Shown in pieces: positions 49,945 to 62,771 of a stretch of DNA of 64,000 nt. Within the stretch, counting starts at the first letter, position 1; every line of letters begins with the position of its first letter. Position numbers and translations under genes: made by a program. The DNA lies in assembly GCA_025603075.1 (NCBI GenBank), contig MU626299.1:1-64000 (forward strand). The letters run 5' to 3'. This stretch comes from Neoconidiobolus thromboides FSU 785 (taxonomy: Eukaryota; Fungi; Entomophthoromycota). The notes below the pieces were generated by a model, which was given only the letters and a program-made list of their open reading frames with translations, did no database searches and had not been told where the DNA came from.

Positions 49945-51649
49945 ATATGCAACTTTGGGCATTTATATTAAAAACTAGTAATTAAAAATTATCTATTTTT
50001 TATGATCATACTTAATGATATTATATTAATGTGTATGTCAAATACCATTTTTATAAGTATTATGTTAAACTAGTTGCAGCATTTTAAATTAATAATACTA
50101 AATGTAATAATAAAAAAACAAATACTTCTTAATTATTGATTATCGAGAAATGAATGTTAAAAATTTTAATTTTTGGGATAATTTATAGGCATGTTGTATT
50201 AAAAAGTTCAAAAATGAGAGATAACAAATCTCATAAAAGAATAAAGCTTTAAAATGAAGTGTATAAGTAGTTTTACTTTCACAAAGATTTATCTATATTG
50301 TATAAATTCTTATTCTTTATTTAGAGTATTAGGATATCGATAATTGTCATATATCAAATTAGCTTAAAATAGCCTTAATTAGACTGATGAAGATGGTGAC
50401 AGGAAATGACATTATTATAATACATAATGTCATAAATAGGTGTTAATATTTCATTGAATATTTTAAATAAAAATACTGTCATATTACGTAAATTAATATT
50501 TCCATTATGGTAGTTTTGGCCTATAATTAAACTTGAACATCTCTGAATCCTAATGTGAAAATCATATCATAAAACATTAGGCTATTTTATTAAAATAACT
50601 AGCTTAATATAGACAAAGTATTTATCGTATTCAGATAATAAACATAAACATATTTTTATCAATGCTACTTGTATCTTATTTAACTATCGTAATAATTAAT
50701 CTTTAGAAAACCATGTAATTAAGAACATATTGATCCAACCCAATTTGGCTTGGAAACTTCCAAACACTATTTTTACACAGAAAAATTAAGGTTTACACTT
50801 GAAATCAAATCTCCTAATTTAAGAGATGGAAATTGTATTAAAATGGAAGGAAGGGAAATAATAACATCATGAAAAATAATCGTGGTATTTATTTGCCTTA
50901 TTTGGCTGTTTTGAAATATTATGGGTTTATTACTTCATTTAGGGTTTTGGTTTTTTTTCCTATCAGCTATATTTTGATACATATTTATCTCGTTCCCTTC
51001 ACTTCGTTGCGCTGCTAGACTATGATGAACCAAGAGCTACAAAAGCCCTTTTCTTATCCTAATACAAAAGCCCAGACTAATTCCTAGTTTTCAGTTTTAA
51101 TTTAAAACTACAAGTAAACTTCAAATGTATTTAAGTAGGTTCCAAGGGACAAATGGGCTTGGTAATAGACCTATAATATTCATGAAAGGTTAACATTTAA
51201 ATGAAATTCTAAATAAACAAAGTTAAAAATTACCTTTTATTTTGTAACTTGCATAAATTTAAAGTAAACTTCATTTAATATTAAAGTTGTCTATGCAATT
51301 ATAACATACTTCGATGATCCTGATAACGTAAATAGCCTTACTGATGTCCATATGGTTTTTACTAAATTTGTATAATCAAATAAGATTTCAACATATATAA
51401 TAATCATTAAATATATTGAATTAACTAGTTTACAAATAAAAAACATTGCCTTCTGTTTTAAAGCTATAAATGAAGCTTAGTATATATTAAATAATTTGAC
51501 AGCAGAAATGTCCTTGACTGTGTCTTATAGCCTAGGACGCATTGGCGCAATGATACTACTGGTTCATGTTTACTTCGTATTTAGTTAGCTTGCCCAGGAA
51601 AGGCTAGCCTTTATATTTTAAAATTAAACATGTAGATATACTTTATTTA

Positions 51650-52470
51650 AACTATTTCGGCAAGATAAATGGTCTTGGCAACATCCCATGCTTTTTATTC
51701 AATTCCTATATCCAAATAAAAATTTAAGATAGCACTAATTATTGTTTATGATCATCTTTTATGCGAATAAAATAAATCAGGTAACTTTAGAAAAATTGGC
51801 GCATATATGATTATACCTTGGGGAACTTTTCTAATATCTCAACTTATATATATTGAGATAAAAAGTATGAATGATATACTTTATATAGGGCGATATGATT
51901 TTTCACTCTATCGCTTTTATAGATCTATAACTCATATAGCCTAAATATTTAAATAGCAAAAGACCAAGAATTTCGGTGTAAATAATGAACTGCAAGCATA
52001 AATTCATAAATTTAACATATATAGTAATATCTATAAAACTACAGATTATAGAAAATTTATAAGTCATCAACCAAAAAGCAACATTATAAAATTAATACAT
52101 GATCAAATCATTATAGAAATAATTGCTCAATAAAATCCTAATAAAAATAAGGGATAGTAGAAACATTAAGATAAAAAGGAATAGTATTTTTGTATATAGA
52201 TGAGCAGGACAAATTAATATTTCATTTCTATTCTCTATATTTATATGTTCGTATTTCTATAGAGAATATTGAAAATGATATAAAAAATTATATAGAAAAC
52301 GTGACTTAAGAAAGAGCTTGCCACGACGGTTTATTAAAGATTAAAGAATGTTATAAAATATTTTATGGTGAAACCAAAAGCTTCAGAATGAATACTTGTT
52401 TACATTTGCATTGAAAAGGGTATATAGGGTAATTTGGTTATATCTTACTGTTTCTTGGCATTACGTTATT
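51650..52470 (-). pseudogene. Possible decayed non-LTR (LINE) reverse transcriptase remnant
   Basis: Minus-strand fragments in the expected order: YIPFSM..NV.K (like YRPISL.NV..K), FGF, IDL.K..DRV (like IDLxKAFDRV), KVPQG...APIF (like GVPQGxxLSPxLF). Many stops and indels; motif reading is subjective. Confidence 0.3.
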
Positions 52471-53037
52471 ATTAGATTTCTATTAAAAATAATAATTTTT
52501 CCATTTAATAACATTTGCATTTTAGGAAGTTTACACTATAAGTTTTCAGTTATTATACGTTACTAAATTAATATATTATTATCTATTTTGTTTATATATT
52601 TCTTTTTCTTTTATTTGATTTTTAATTTATCAGGTTTATAAAGTTTCTATTCTTTGAGTTGAGAGGCGGATTGGGGTATTGTATAGTCATAATAAAAAAC
52701 TCTTACCAAAAATTACCTCAAGGTTAGTACAACTATAAACAATTGTAAAGTTGCTTCGTGGTCTTGGCCAATCAATAGTTGGGAATTATAAATTTATTCG
52801 TTTCACGAATTCATAATTAACTGAATTAAGACAAGATAAGATTTAGATACTAAATTATTGATTATGATTGGGTTAAGCGAAGATGAAACCCATTTTGAGT
52901 GGAAAGTATATAAAAGATAAAAAATGAATTTTATGGCTGTTAATAACGGTCAAAACTGAACTTGAATAATTATCTTTTTTAATTTCATTTTCAACTAATT
53001 TTCAACTAATTTCTTGCTTTTTTCTTTAAAAGATACA

Positions 53038-53421
53038 ATGAGGCCACAGTATTATCTACTATTAGTATTTATTTGTTTAATATCTTCGGAATTAGATTTC
53101 AAGCTCAGCCATTATCTTTCAAGGAGCTCAAATGAAATCGTAGCATATCAAAATCTCCGATCAACTTATTGTAGTCATAGAGACTCATTATTTGGGCAAT
53201 GTATTCAACAAAAGCAAGAATTGTTTAAAGGAGATGAACTAATGATGTTAAAGTATATGGATATAAATTTCAAATACAACTTTTTTGTATATGGTAGTAG
53301 CAAACTGATTTCATTAAATAATTTTAGAAGTGATCACTTACAAGCAAACTTAATCTTAAACCTTTCCTATTCCACCATCTTATTATTCTTAACTATAATA
53401 ATATCGGCCTGTTTATTCTAA
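53038..53421 (+). CDS. Small secreted or membrane-anchored hypothetical protein, 127 aa
   Basis: Signal-like MRPQYYLLLVFICLISS, two Cys in the ectodomain, hydrophobic C-terminal tail (TM or GPI signal). TATA-like element upstream. Confidence 0.55.
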   Translation: MRPQYYLLLVFICLISSELDFKLSHYLSRSSNEIVAYQNLRSTYCSHRDSLFGQCIQQKQELFKGDELMMLKYMDINFKYNFFVYGSSKLISLNNFRSDHLQANLILNLSYSTILLFLTIIISACLF

Positions 53422-54133
53422 CTCTCTATACATATATATAATAATATATCAATAATTTCACTACTAATAAAAGTTTAATTAATTTTAGTCATGTTTAATA
53501 ATGATACTTTTTATTTTATCGCTTTTTCTAATTGATCAATCTGAGGTTTGCTCACTTGTAAATTTATTAATGTTTGCTAGTAGTTTTTACGGACTAAATA
53601 TCATCTATGATATCATTTTGATGCCAATAAATGTGAATTATTAGTTTGTAAGTTGATTCAGGACATCGACAAATTAAAGTCAAGTATATTTGGAGAATTT
53701 ATTCAAAAAATAAAATACAAAGTTAATACTTCAGTTTTAATTTTATTTCTAAAATATCTTATAGTAAATATTTTACTACACTATATCCAAAGAAGGGCGT
53801 ATGCACCTAGATAACACTCTAAACGTTATTCAGTTATAATTCTACAGGCTCAAAAAAGTTTCATCAAATAAATGATATTTAGAGTAACCAGTTGTTTAAT
53901 TTTAAAAATTATTGCTATTAATGAAATACAGTAACCAAATAATTTAAGAATATTTCTAATTTATTAACAGTAGTGTAATATTATATAAATAAATGTTATA
54001 TAGCAGTGACTATCAAAATAAGAAATAATGTGAGTACATTTTGAATTTCACTATACTTCGCTCTATTTTTTATAGTACTTAGACATCTTGTCACAAGATT
54101 CAGAAAAAGCAAGCATTTTAAGACTATATATAT

Positions 54134-54230
54134 GGGGCTGTTTTTTTTGATTTCACTATTTTTCCATTTTTTAAGCGCTATTTAAGTAGAAAAATTGTTA
54201 GTAAAATTCTTAAATAAAAAACACATCTTC
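54134..54230 (+). mobile_element. ~98-bp MITE
   Basis: GGGGCTG...CATCTTC, flanks ATAT/ATGT. Confidence 0.8.
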
Positions 54231-54991
54231 ATGTCTTGACTAGAAGAACTTTTGTATCATAATATCTTTTTATCAAAAAAGTTATAACATAAGAATTAAC
54301 AATGTATAAAAGTCCAAAAAATAGAACATTAAATCATTAGTTGTTAGGTTGTGATATCGTCTATTTGGTTAGTATCCATTATTTCATACTATCCCACTTA
54401 TTGATATAAGTTCTAAAGTTCTAAATTAGAAACTTGGTAACTTCTAGTTTCTATACTAAAATCGCTTTTAAGCATTTGCTTTAAAAATAACTTTTAATAA
54501 TATTAAAGTATGAAACTTAGATCATCATGTTTTGAATATTCAGTATTAAAGAGTCATAGGTTAAAGCTATTTTCTATATCGAATTAAGATAAAGTGGAAA
54601 TTCTTAACTTATAACATTAGACCTTTAAAGAGCTCTTATAAAGCTAAAAGTAGCTAGAAGGTTTAATTGACATTTACGAGAAATGGAGACAAACATAATA
54701 AAAGATTTAGAAAATAAGATATTAACAGGTTAATTTTGAAAAGATCTCAGTTTATGTAATTGGAACCTCAAGACACCTAAGGTAATCACTTCGGTTTAAA
54801 TGTGAAGTATAATATACTAAATATATTATACAGTTAAACGAATATGATTAAAATAGATAAAATCTACGAACTAGAGGTATACTTTATTTAATATTATAAT
54901 TTCCGAATGGGTTTAGTTTATCTAACCTATTTCTATCCTCATTCTTATTAACTTAATAAAACCTATTCCTATACTAATATCGATCCACAAC

Positions 54992-55833
54992 CTACAACAA
55001 AATACAACATTTTGTCAACTGTATACCATCCTCTTCCATTACTGGCCCTGGTAAAACATCCTTAGTCTTATCAAATGACTTTGCACTCATTGGATTTGAA
55101 AAATTCGACCTAGCCGCTGAAGGTGGCGGTAGTATCCCAATAGAATTCCTATATTTTCTCATCATATATACTAACTGTACAAAGCTTTCTTTGATATTTA
55201 AATCTAATTTAGCTGATGTCTCAATAAATGGTATCTTCCAACTTTGTGCTAAACCTTGGGCTTCTAATAAAATGTTAGAAAAATGAGTTGCTTATATGAA
55301 ACTTAATTTACCATAGATAGGTACCGCTCTAGAATTGATTAAATCGCATTTATTTCCGATAAGGATCACAGGTATAATAGACTGATCTTGTTTTGCTAAT
55401 AAAATCTGAGAATAAATAGCTTTCACTTCTTCAAAAGCATCATGGCTGTCGATTGAATAAACTAGTAAAAAACCATCCCCGCTACATATATATTGGCCTC
55501 GCATAGCACTAGAGTAGGGATTTAATTTAATGGTACAGTCTATGAATTGAGCTCACCTGTATTCTTCTTGACCTGCAGTATCTAAAATATCTAATTCTAC
55601 ATCACCATCAGGTAAGCTTAATTGCTTTCGATAGCTATCTTCTATTGTTGGATCATATTCTTCTACAAACTGATTGCGTATAAATTGAATCGTTATCGCT
55701 GATTTTCCAACACCTAATTTACAATAAGTATTCGTATGGTTATGTTGAACTATAGCATACCTCCTAAACCAAATAATACCACTTTAAATTCGTTATGCTT
55801 GATGGTCAATTGGGTTGTCCTTATGTTAGTCAT
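54992..55833 (-). CDS. RAS: Ras-family small GTPase, 4 exons
   Basis: Spliced: [53 protein letters not shown]-terminal CCILL* (CAAX). Confidence 0.93.
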
Positions 55834-56043
55834 AATGCCATACAAATAAATAATAGATAACTAAAACTATGTAATTCAAATTTGATAGTTAAATATAAGT
55901 TGCATTTCCGTTAAGCTTATTTTAATATCAGCTTATTGGCGCTTACTATTAAATAGAAACAAAAAGTTTAAATTTACTAAATTTAGAAATTAAATTTGAA
56001 ATTAAACATTGTCAAAATAAAAAATATAAATTTATTAATTAGT

Positions 56044-56976
56044 TTAATCAATCACTTTTCTAGTGACTACAACTTTACGTACCACTTCCCCTTCTTTAAG
56101 TTTGGGGTTTACTACTTGGATAGGGGGCTTAACAATTCGTACTACTATTGGAGCGTCATTTGAATCTATCGGTTTCTCCTTGACTTGTGAAGTTTCATCG
56201 GCTTTAGCTTGGACATTATTACTCTCTTTTTTAACTTCTAGTGATTTCCCACTCAAATCAAGCTGGGGGCTAGTAGAATGCGTTTTACAAGTAAACATCT
56301 CTCTACCCTTATTGTCTTTATCTTTAACCAACTTTTCATCTTTACCACAAAGCTTTTTACTTTCTTCCGACTTTAAATCTATATCTTCTGAAACACAAGC
56401 AAGGCTTTCCTTTTCTTCGCTGTTTTTACTGCTAAACAATCGCTCTCCCCTAGGGCAAGGATTAGTAGAAAAATCAATATTTGCTTCACTTTCTTTCGCT
56501 GGTTTACTAACACAACTTAAACTCATCTTTCCATCTTCATCTTTGCTTTCTTTCAACATCAATCCATCTGGACATTTCTTGGTTTTATCTTCAACCTTGT
56601 TTTCTTTCTCTTCTTCGCTTTCAAATTTCTGACATAAATACGCCTTTTCACCGTTTTTAAGTGTTGTAGCTGTTAATACTGTCCCTCTTGGACATTCATT
56701 TTCAGCTTTTATAGAATTTAAAGATACACAATCAAACACCTTTTCATTATTTTCTACTTTGGCAGTTCTAACTGTACCAATTGGACACTCGTCCATCGTT
56801 TTATTATTGACCTTATCTTCAAAAGCGGTACAAGCATAATAAACAACATCATCTGGGCCTTTATATCCTGTCATTACTGTACCTTTTGGACATGGGGCTG
56901 TGTCCATGTCTTCAGCAGAGAAGGGGAGGGCTAGGGTAGCGGTAATTAGGGTTAAAAATAAACTAGGATTTAGCAT
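56044..56976 (-). CDS. Secreted protein with six C-P-x-G...C hairpin repeats, 310 aa
   Basis: Signal peptide MLNPSLFLTLITATLA. Six 20-21-aa two-Cys repeats and a charged C-terminal tail. Confidence 0.88.
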   Translation of the reverse strand: MLNPSLFLTLITATLALPFSAEDMDTAPCPKGTVMTGYKGPDDVVYYACTAFEDKVNNKTMDECPIGTVRTAKVENNEKVFDCVSLNSIKAENECPRGTVLTATTLKNGEKAYLCQKFESEEEKENKVEDKTKKCPDGLMLKESKDEDGKMSLSCVSKPAKESEANIDFSTNPCPRGERLFSSKNSEEKESLACVSEDIDLKSEESKKLCGKDEKLVKDKDNKGREMFTCKTHSTSPQLDLSGKSLEVKKESNNVQAKADETSQVKEKPIDSNDAPIVVRIVKPPIQVVNPKLKEGEVVRKVVVTRKVID

Positions 56977-57480
56977 TTTTTTTTTTGCAAAGTTGAGGAG
57001 GCGGATAAAGTTTTTTATATGAGTAGTATATTTAATTAAAGGTTTTATAAGCGGGATGGACGTGGCTATCGAAAATTTAAAGTTGCTTTTTTTTTAAGCT
57101 TGATGATCTTTGAGAGAGTTTATCTTTTTTGGAAACAAGCGAAATTTTTCAAAAAGTTGCTTAAAGTGGAAAGGTGTTTTTCATATGATTTTCTAATAAA
57201 TTTGATATGAAAAGTTAATTTTTGAAGTTTATTATTTAAGTTCTAATGTAAATGAATGAATTTACATTTTAGTATCAGATACTCTTCTATTTATACGATT
57301 TTATAATAAAGATAATTTTATTAAAATTTGACTTCCACCAAAAAAAAGATTTTTTATTGAATTCAAAACAATCAATATTAAAAATTCAACAAACTCTATT
57401 TTAAAATTTCCCATAATTCAAGCCTTTGGTACTAAAAAAATCTGAATTTTAACTTATCCCCCATTTTTTCAAAATAAAAA

Positions 57481-58341
57481 ATGAGCGGAATCAAAAGGAC
57501 TTGCAAGCTAGTACAGCGCTGCACTTTAATTGCACAATATAAACCAAGTAAATTGAATGAATTAAAGATAGTACGTGGATTTCAAAGTGGCAGTTTATTA
57601 AACGCACGTAATAAAGGTTCTTTATTTGGATGGGATTTATTTGGTAAGAAAGAAGAAGATAAGTCCGAAGATAAATTAGAAGCTTTAAAAGCAGACAAGG
57701 AAGAAACTGTGGTTCAAGAAGCTAGCTGGGCTGAAGTTAAAGAAGTTGAGTATGTTGTTGGTATTTGATTTTCAAAGTAAAATTATTAATATTTTTTTGT
57801 AAAGGCAAGAAACAGTAATTGAATTAACATCAGAACAAAAAAAGGAAGTTATATCAACATGGGTTAAAAAAGTACACCCAGAAGCTATTGGAAAAAGTGA
57901 TCAAGAAATCAATAAGCTTAGTCTTGAAGACGGTAAAGTTAAGTTTGAGGTAAGTTAGTTATTAAAATTTATTAAAAATTTGTTAATATTGATATTAATA
58001 ATTAGCTTCTTACAAATATCATCCAAGATTTAGTAGCAAAAAGTGAAGGAGGAAACTATGATTTACCAAATAGAAACTTAAATAATATAGAGACAGTTGA
58101 AGATATTCTTGAATTTTATGTTAATGAAAAGGATCAATTTGACGTTATGCAAGGCCATGGAATAGAGAAATTTATTAGAGAAATAGAAGCAACAAACTCA
58201 CTACCACCTAACTTAGCGTTCGAAGAGTTTGATGGAGAAATGAATAAATCAGATAGTGACTTTAATAAGAAAGGTAAAACACTTAATAAAAAGTATTTCA
58301 GTTTTATCAAGGCCAACAAGCCAAGGCCATCGCGTCATTAA
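57481..58341 (+). CDS. Mitochondrial ribosomal protein mL50, 3 exons (57481-57749, 57805-57949, 58006-58341)
   Basis: Basic presequence-like N-terminus. Spliced core LSLEDGKVKFELL...LPNRNLNNIETVEDILEFY and LPPNL, matching my recollection of the Ribosomal_L50 pattern. Confidence 0.75.
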
Positions 58342-59102
58342 AGGGATTTTTTTCAAAATTAAAAGTAGACGTTTATTTTTTTAGAATAAGTTTGGTATTT
58401 CTATTTTATTATGTTCAATTTGTATTTTTAAATTTATTTGTAGCCTTTTTTAATCGATTTTTAATTTATATAATAAACTCATGATTATACATTGTTGATA
58501 TTGACTATCCCCTTTAAATTTAATCAAATTGTTATATCTGACTTGTCTAAAACTGCTATTATACAAACAATAAATTATAAAACAAAAAAACTAAAGAATA
58601 GTAACAGAGAATAACTAAACTTTATTTCATTTTAACACAATATTGATAATAATTAAAGATGTAGGCTAACGTTGTATACTCAAATACCAATGTTTTAGAC
58701 TCCACCTCACTTTGCATTTAATTTCCTTATTAAAATTCCATTTCAACCAATCAAATGAGTCCATTTTACTCCACCAAAAATAAAATGAATAACAACTAAA
58801 GATTACTTTGTGCTTATAGTTCAATTCAAACAATTGAAATCAAGGTAAAATTTAAGTTATCATGAAAAATGACTTATTTAAATTATTAAATTATTAAATA
58901 ATTTAATCAAAAATTGAAATTAAATTAAAACCATCCCTTTTTAATTTCTTTGACCATATTTGATCATGTCCTAATATTTAATTCCTTTGACTAAATCTTC
59001 CTCTCTCAATTTAGGTTCACTTTAAAAACACAAAATTCAAATATTGAACCTTCAAAAAAAAGTTTGACTCTAGTATCAGGTTAAGTTAAAATAGTGCTTA
59101 AA

Positions 59103-61599
59103 ATGCAACAGAACAATAATCTACCTATTGGAAATGAACAAAATGTACAGTTTAGTCCCATGAATCAAGGTAACCAAGGTTTCCAAAATAACTTGATGCA
59201 AGGGCAACCGAATATGAGTCCATTTAATAATATACCAAATATTAATTTTCAGAATATGAATCAAGCTCAAATGAATAACTTTAAGTAAGTAGCCACTATT
59301 ATAATATTTTAAATGATAAATTATTAAATAATAACAAAATTAGCTTGAATCAGTTAGCATTGAGAAACCGACTTCAAAATATGGGTGGAATGAACCCAAA
59401 TAACTTAAACGCAATGGGAATGGGAGTGTATAATCAAATGAATGCGATGAATATGATGAATAATATGGGAGGGAGTACTATGAACGTTAACGGTGGCAAC
59501 ATAACACAAAACAATGCCATTAAAAACTGGAATCCAGCTGATCCAAATGTTAGTAATATGGGAAATAATAATATTTCTATGAATAATGATAAACCGGTTT
59601 TAAATCAAATCCCAATCAATATGAACCCCCAAACCCAAAACTTTCCTCCCAGTTTTAATATCTCACAAGCAAACAATTATATGTATCAACAGCCTATCAA
59701 TTATATGAATTATGCTATCAATCCTAACATACCAAACAATCTCCCTCAAAATCAAAATAAAGACTCCAATTTAATAAATCAGGTAATTCAACCACTATTA
59801 TAAAACATTAAGCTTATATTTTAAGGCTATTAAATCTCAGCTTGCAGTAAGAGATATGCAAAATCAAGCTAAACTTTACAACCAAAGGGCCAAAAATGGT
59901 AATATTTGATTTTATAAGACATCAACAATATGTTAACTCATTATTAATAGAAGGGAAAAAGGTGATGAATTTTGGAAATATTCGACCACTAAATCTTCAA
60001 ACTCCTACAAAAGAAGAGTTTCAAGTTCAAAATACAAATAATGTATCTACTGAGACCAATAATGCTATAGTAAATATCAATTTAATCTATTTATATATCA
60101 TTAAATAAACAATTATAGCAAACTCCATCTACAATTGGAATACAAAGTAAAGTCAAAGTAGAACTTTCAGAAGATGCGATTCGATATGAAAGTTCTAAAC
60201 ATTTACAAAAAAGGGTAGCTTTATATCGTTATAAAGATACTCAATACCAAGCGATGGGGGTAGCACAAAACGAAATCAACAAAAAAATCTATTTAGAAAA
60301 GGGAGCTGGTAATAGACTTAAAATGGGAGGAAATTTAAATCCAAATCTTGGTTTAAATTCAAATAAATTTAAATATTTTAAAGCGGATGAATCCAAAAAT
60401 AGCCGTGTGTTATGTTATGATGTTGAAGAAGGACCTATATTCTTTAGAAATACGCCACAGTAAGATTTTATACTATTGTTCATTTATAACCATTAACAAA
60501 ATCTTTAGTTTAACAAAACAATTAGAAGATATAGCGGAGCAAGAAGAGATATTAGTACCTATTCGGTTAGATTTAGAAGTAGGTGGACAACGATTATGTG
60601 ATACGTTTGTATGGAATTTGAATGATGAATTCATATCGGTGGATTTGTTTGTTGAGACTATGTTAAAAGATTTACAATTACCACATCAAGCTTTTTTTCA
60701 TCCCGTTTCAACTTCTATAAAAGACCAAATTAAAGATTATAGGACACATGGTTTATATTGTCATAAAAAAATTAAACAGTTTAAAATTAAAGAGAAAGAA
60801 AAAGAAAAAGAAAAAGAGAAAGAAAGCTATGAAATTGAGGAAGAATTAAGGATTTTAATTAAGGTAAGTATAATATCATCATTGAAATTTTTTATCTTAA
60901 TGATTATTTCAGTTGGATATCACCTTAGGTAGAGTCTCACTTGAAGATCAGTTTGAGTGGGATATTTTAAATCCCTTAAATTCACCCGAATTATTTGCTT
61001 CAAATTTAGCAAATGATCTTGGGCTTGGTGGTGAATTCAAGTAAGTCATTGTTTTATTTAAAGAAAGAAAATACTAAATTTACAATAGAACAGCAATTGC
61101 ACACTCAATACGGGAGCAAGTTTATACCTTCCATAAATCATTAAGTATCTTAGGCTACAATTTCACTGGAGATTCTGTAAATGATGTGAATTTAAGCAAA
61201 TCGTTTTTACCACCTATAACGCATACCATTCGAGACAAAAACGCAACTGAAAGCTTTACTCCCTTTTTAGTGGAAATAAGTGAAGTTGAATTACAACGAC
61301 AAACTAAAATTCAGGAAAGAGAAAATCGACGCACAAGAAGACAACAAAGAGCTGGTCGTCGAGGAGCTATTTTACCTGAAAGAGAACCTATACGTACTAC
61401 TCGTACTATTATTAAACAAAAGAAAGAATTTATGTCTTCTACTTTCCCATATGGAAATCCAGGTGCCTTAGGTGGTAGAGCTATTTCAGGTCCTGCCACA
61501 AAAGAAAATGTCAAAAATAAACAACATGCTAATGGGTCGTTTAATGCCAATGGCAATATGTTAGATAGGGAAGTAGAATTGGATGGATTTCATACGTAA
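59103..61599 (+). CDS. SNF5: SWI/SNF subunit Snf5/INI1 family protein, multi-exon (ends approximate)
   Basis: N/Q/M-rich N-terminus. Repeat 1 LVPIRLDLE...LCDTFVWNLND. Repeat 2 LRILIK|LDITLG...LEDQFEWDI...SPELFA..LA.DLGLGGEF..AIAHSIREQ. C-terminal QERENRRTRRQ. Confidence 0.88.
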
Positions 61600-62771
61600 T
61601 GATTGAATTTTCAAATTAATGTAAGATTGAAGCAATTTATTGCGATGTATTGAGTTGGCTTTTTTTATTTGATATTTTATTCTTCAGTGAGGTAACTTGC
61701 ATTGAGTTTCTTGATAAATATAATTAAAATGGAAATTATTATATATTATATTTTAAGTCAATTTCAATAATTAATTTTTGAAGTTTTATTTTAATGGTCT
61801 TGTTTTTTTAACTTTTTAATTTTAGAAAACAAATATTAAATTCAATTTTAAAAAGAAAGGATTAATTATATTCTATAAATGGAAATTTCAAGTACATTCA
61901 ATTGATATTTATGGTTTTTTAAACAATCTCAATTATTTCTTAAAATCAACTTTAGTTTTTAAAGTTTTCTAAAGTTCAGTTTAATTAATAGTTTTATATT
62001 AAAGTCAAGTCTTTAAATTACTGTTTATCAATTACATTGTATTTGATTGTTTTGTTCAATTTTACCCTTTTTACAAAGCTTTTGTAGACCAAAATATGAA
62101 TAATTGTAAGCTAATGACAGAACAAAAGGTGGGGGATGTATTGATAAAAAAAGTGCCACCATTTTCAACAAAAGAGAATTTTATTTTATGCAAAAGATTT
62201 TAAGATGTGTCAATATCTAATAATTTAACATTTTTTGTTAAAATTATATTAAAACTTGATTAAATTCATGAACTTTTTTAATAGCCTATGCCTCATTTGA
62301 ACCACTTGCCTTAGTTGTTCATGAGGGACTGGTCTATAAAAACTTAGTGAAAAAGGTGTAAGTTTAATTTTTTTTGGATACTTTCTTTTTATTTGAAACT
62401 TAATATATTATCAATAAAGTGTCTAAAACTAGACTTATTAATAAAACGGATTTTCATTGAAGACAAGTAATTATTGTAACAACTTTCTGATAAACTTACA
62501 AATAAAGTTACTATTAACTAAAGATGTTACATCGAAATAGAGCATTAAATCATGGTATATAATATATAATATAATATAATGAAATCACTTTAAAAAAACA
62601 AAAAATAAAATAATTTCAATTTTACAACCAAAAGTTTATCACTATCAGTCGATCAAAGTAAGGATCAACTTGAACTTTATAAAAAGCTAAAAACTTACCA
62701 AAAATAAAAAATAAAAAATAAAAATTCAAATATTCAAGAAATATCTGTTAATATTTCAAAATAATAATAAC

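Noticed and set aside
1-54000. TAAT/ATTA sites as autoregulatory homeodomain binding sites
   Set aside because: Ubiquitous at this AT content and cannot be told from background without binding data.
4382-54230. Recurrent ~98-bp repeat as a CRISPR array or regulatory RNA
   Set aside because: Dispersed in both orientations, with TIRs and TSDs and no regular spacers: it is a MITE.
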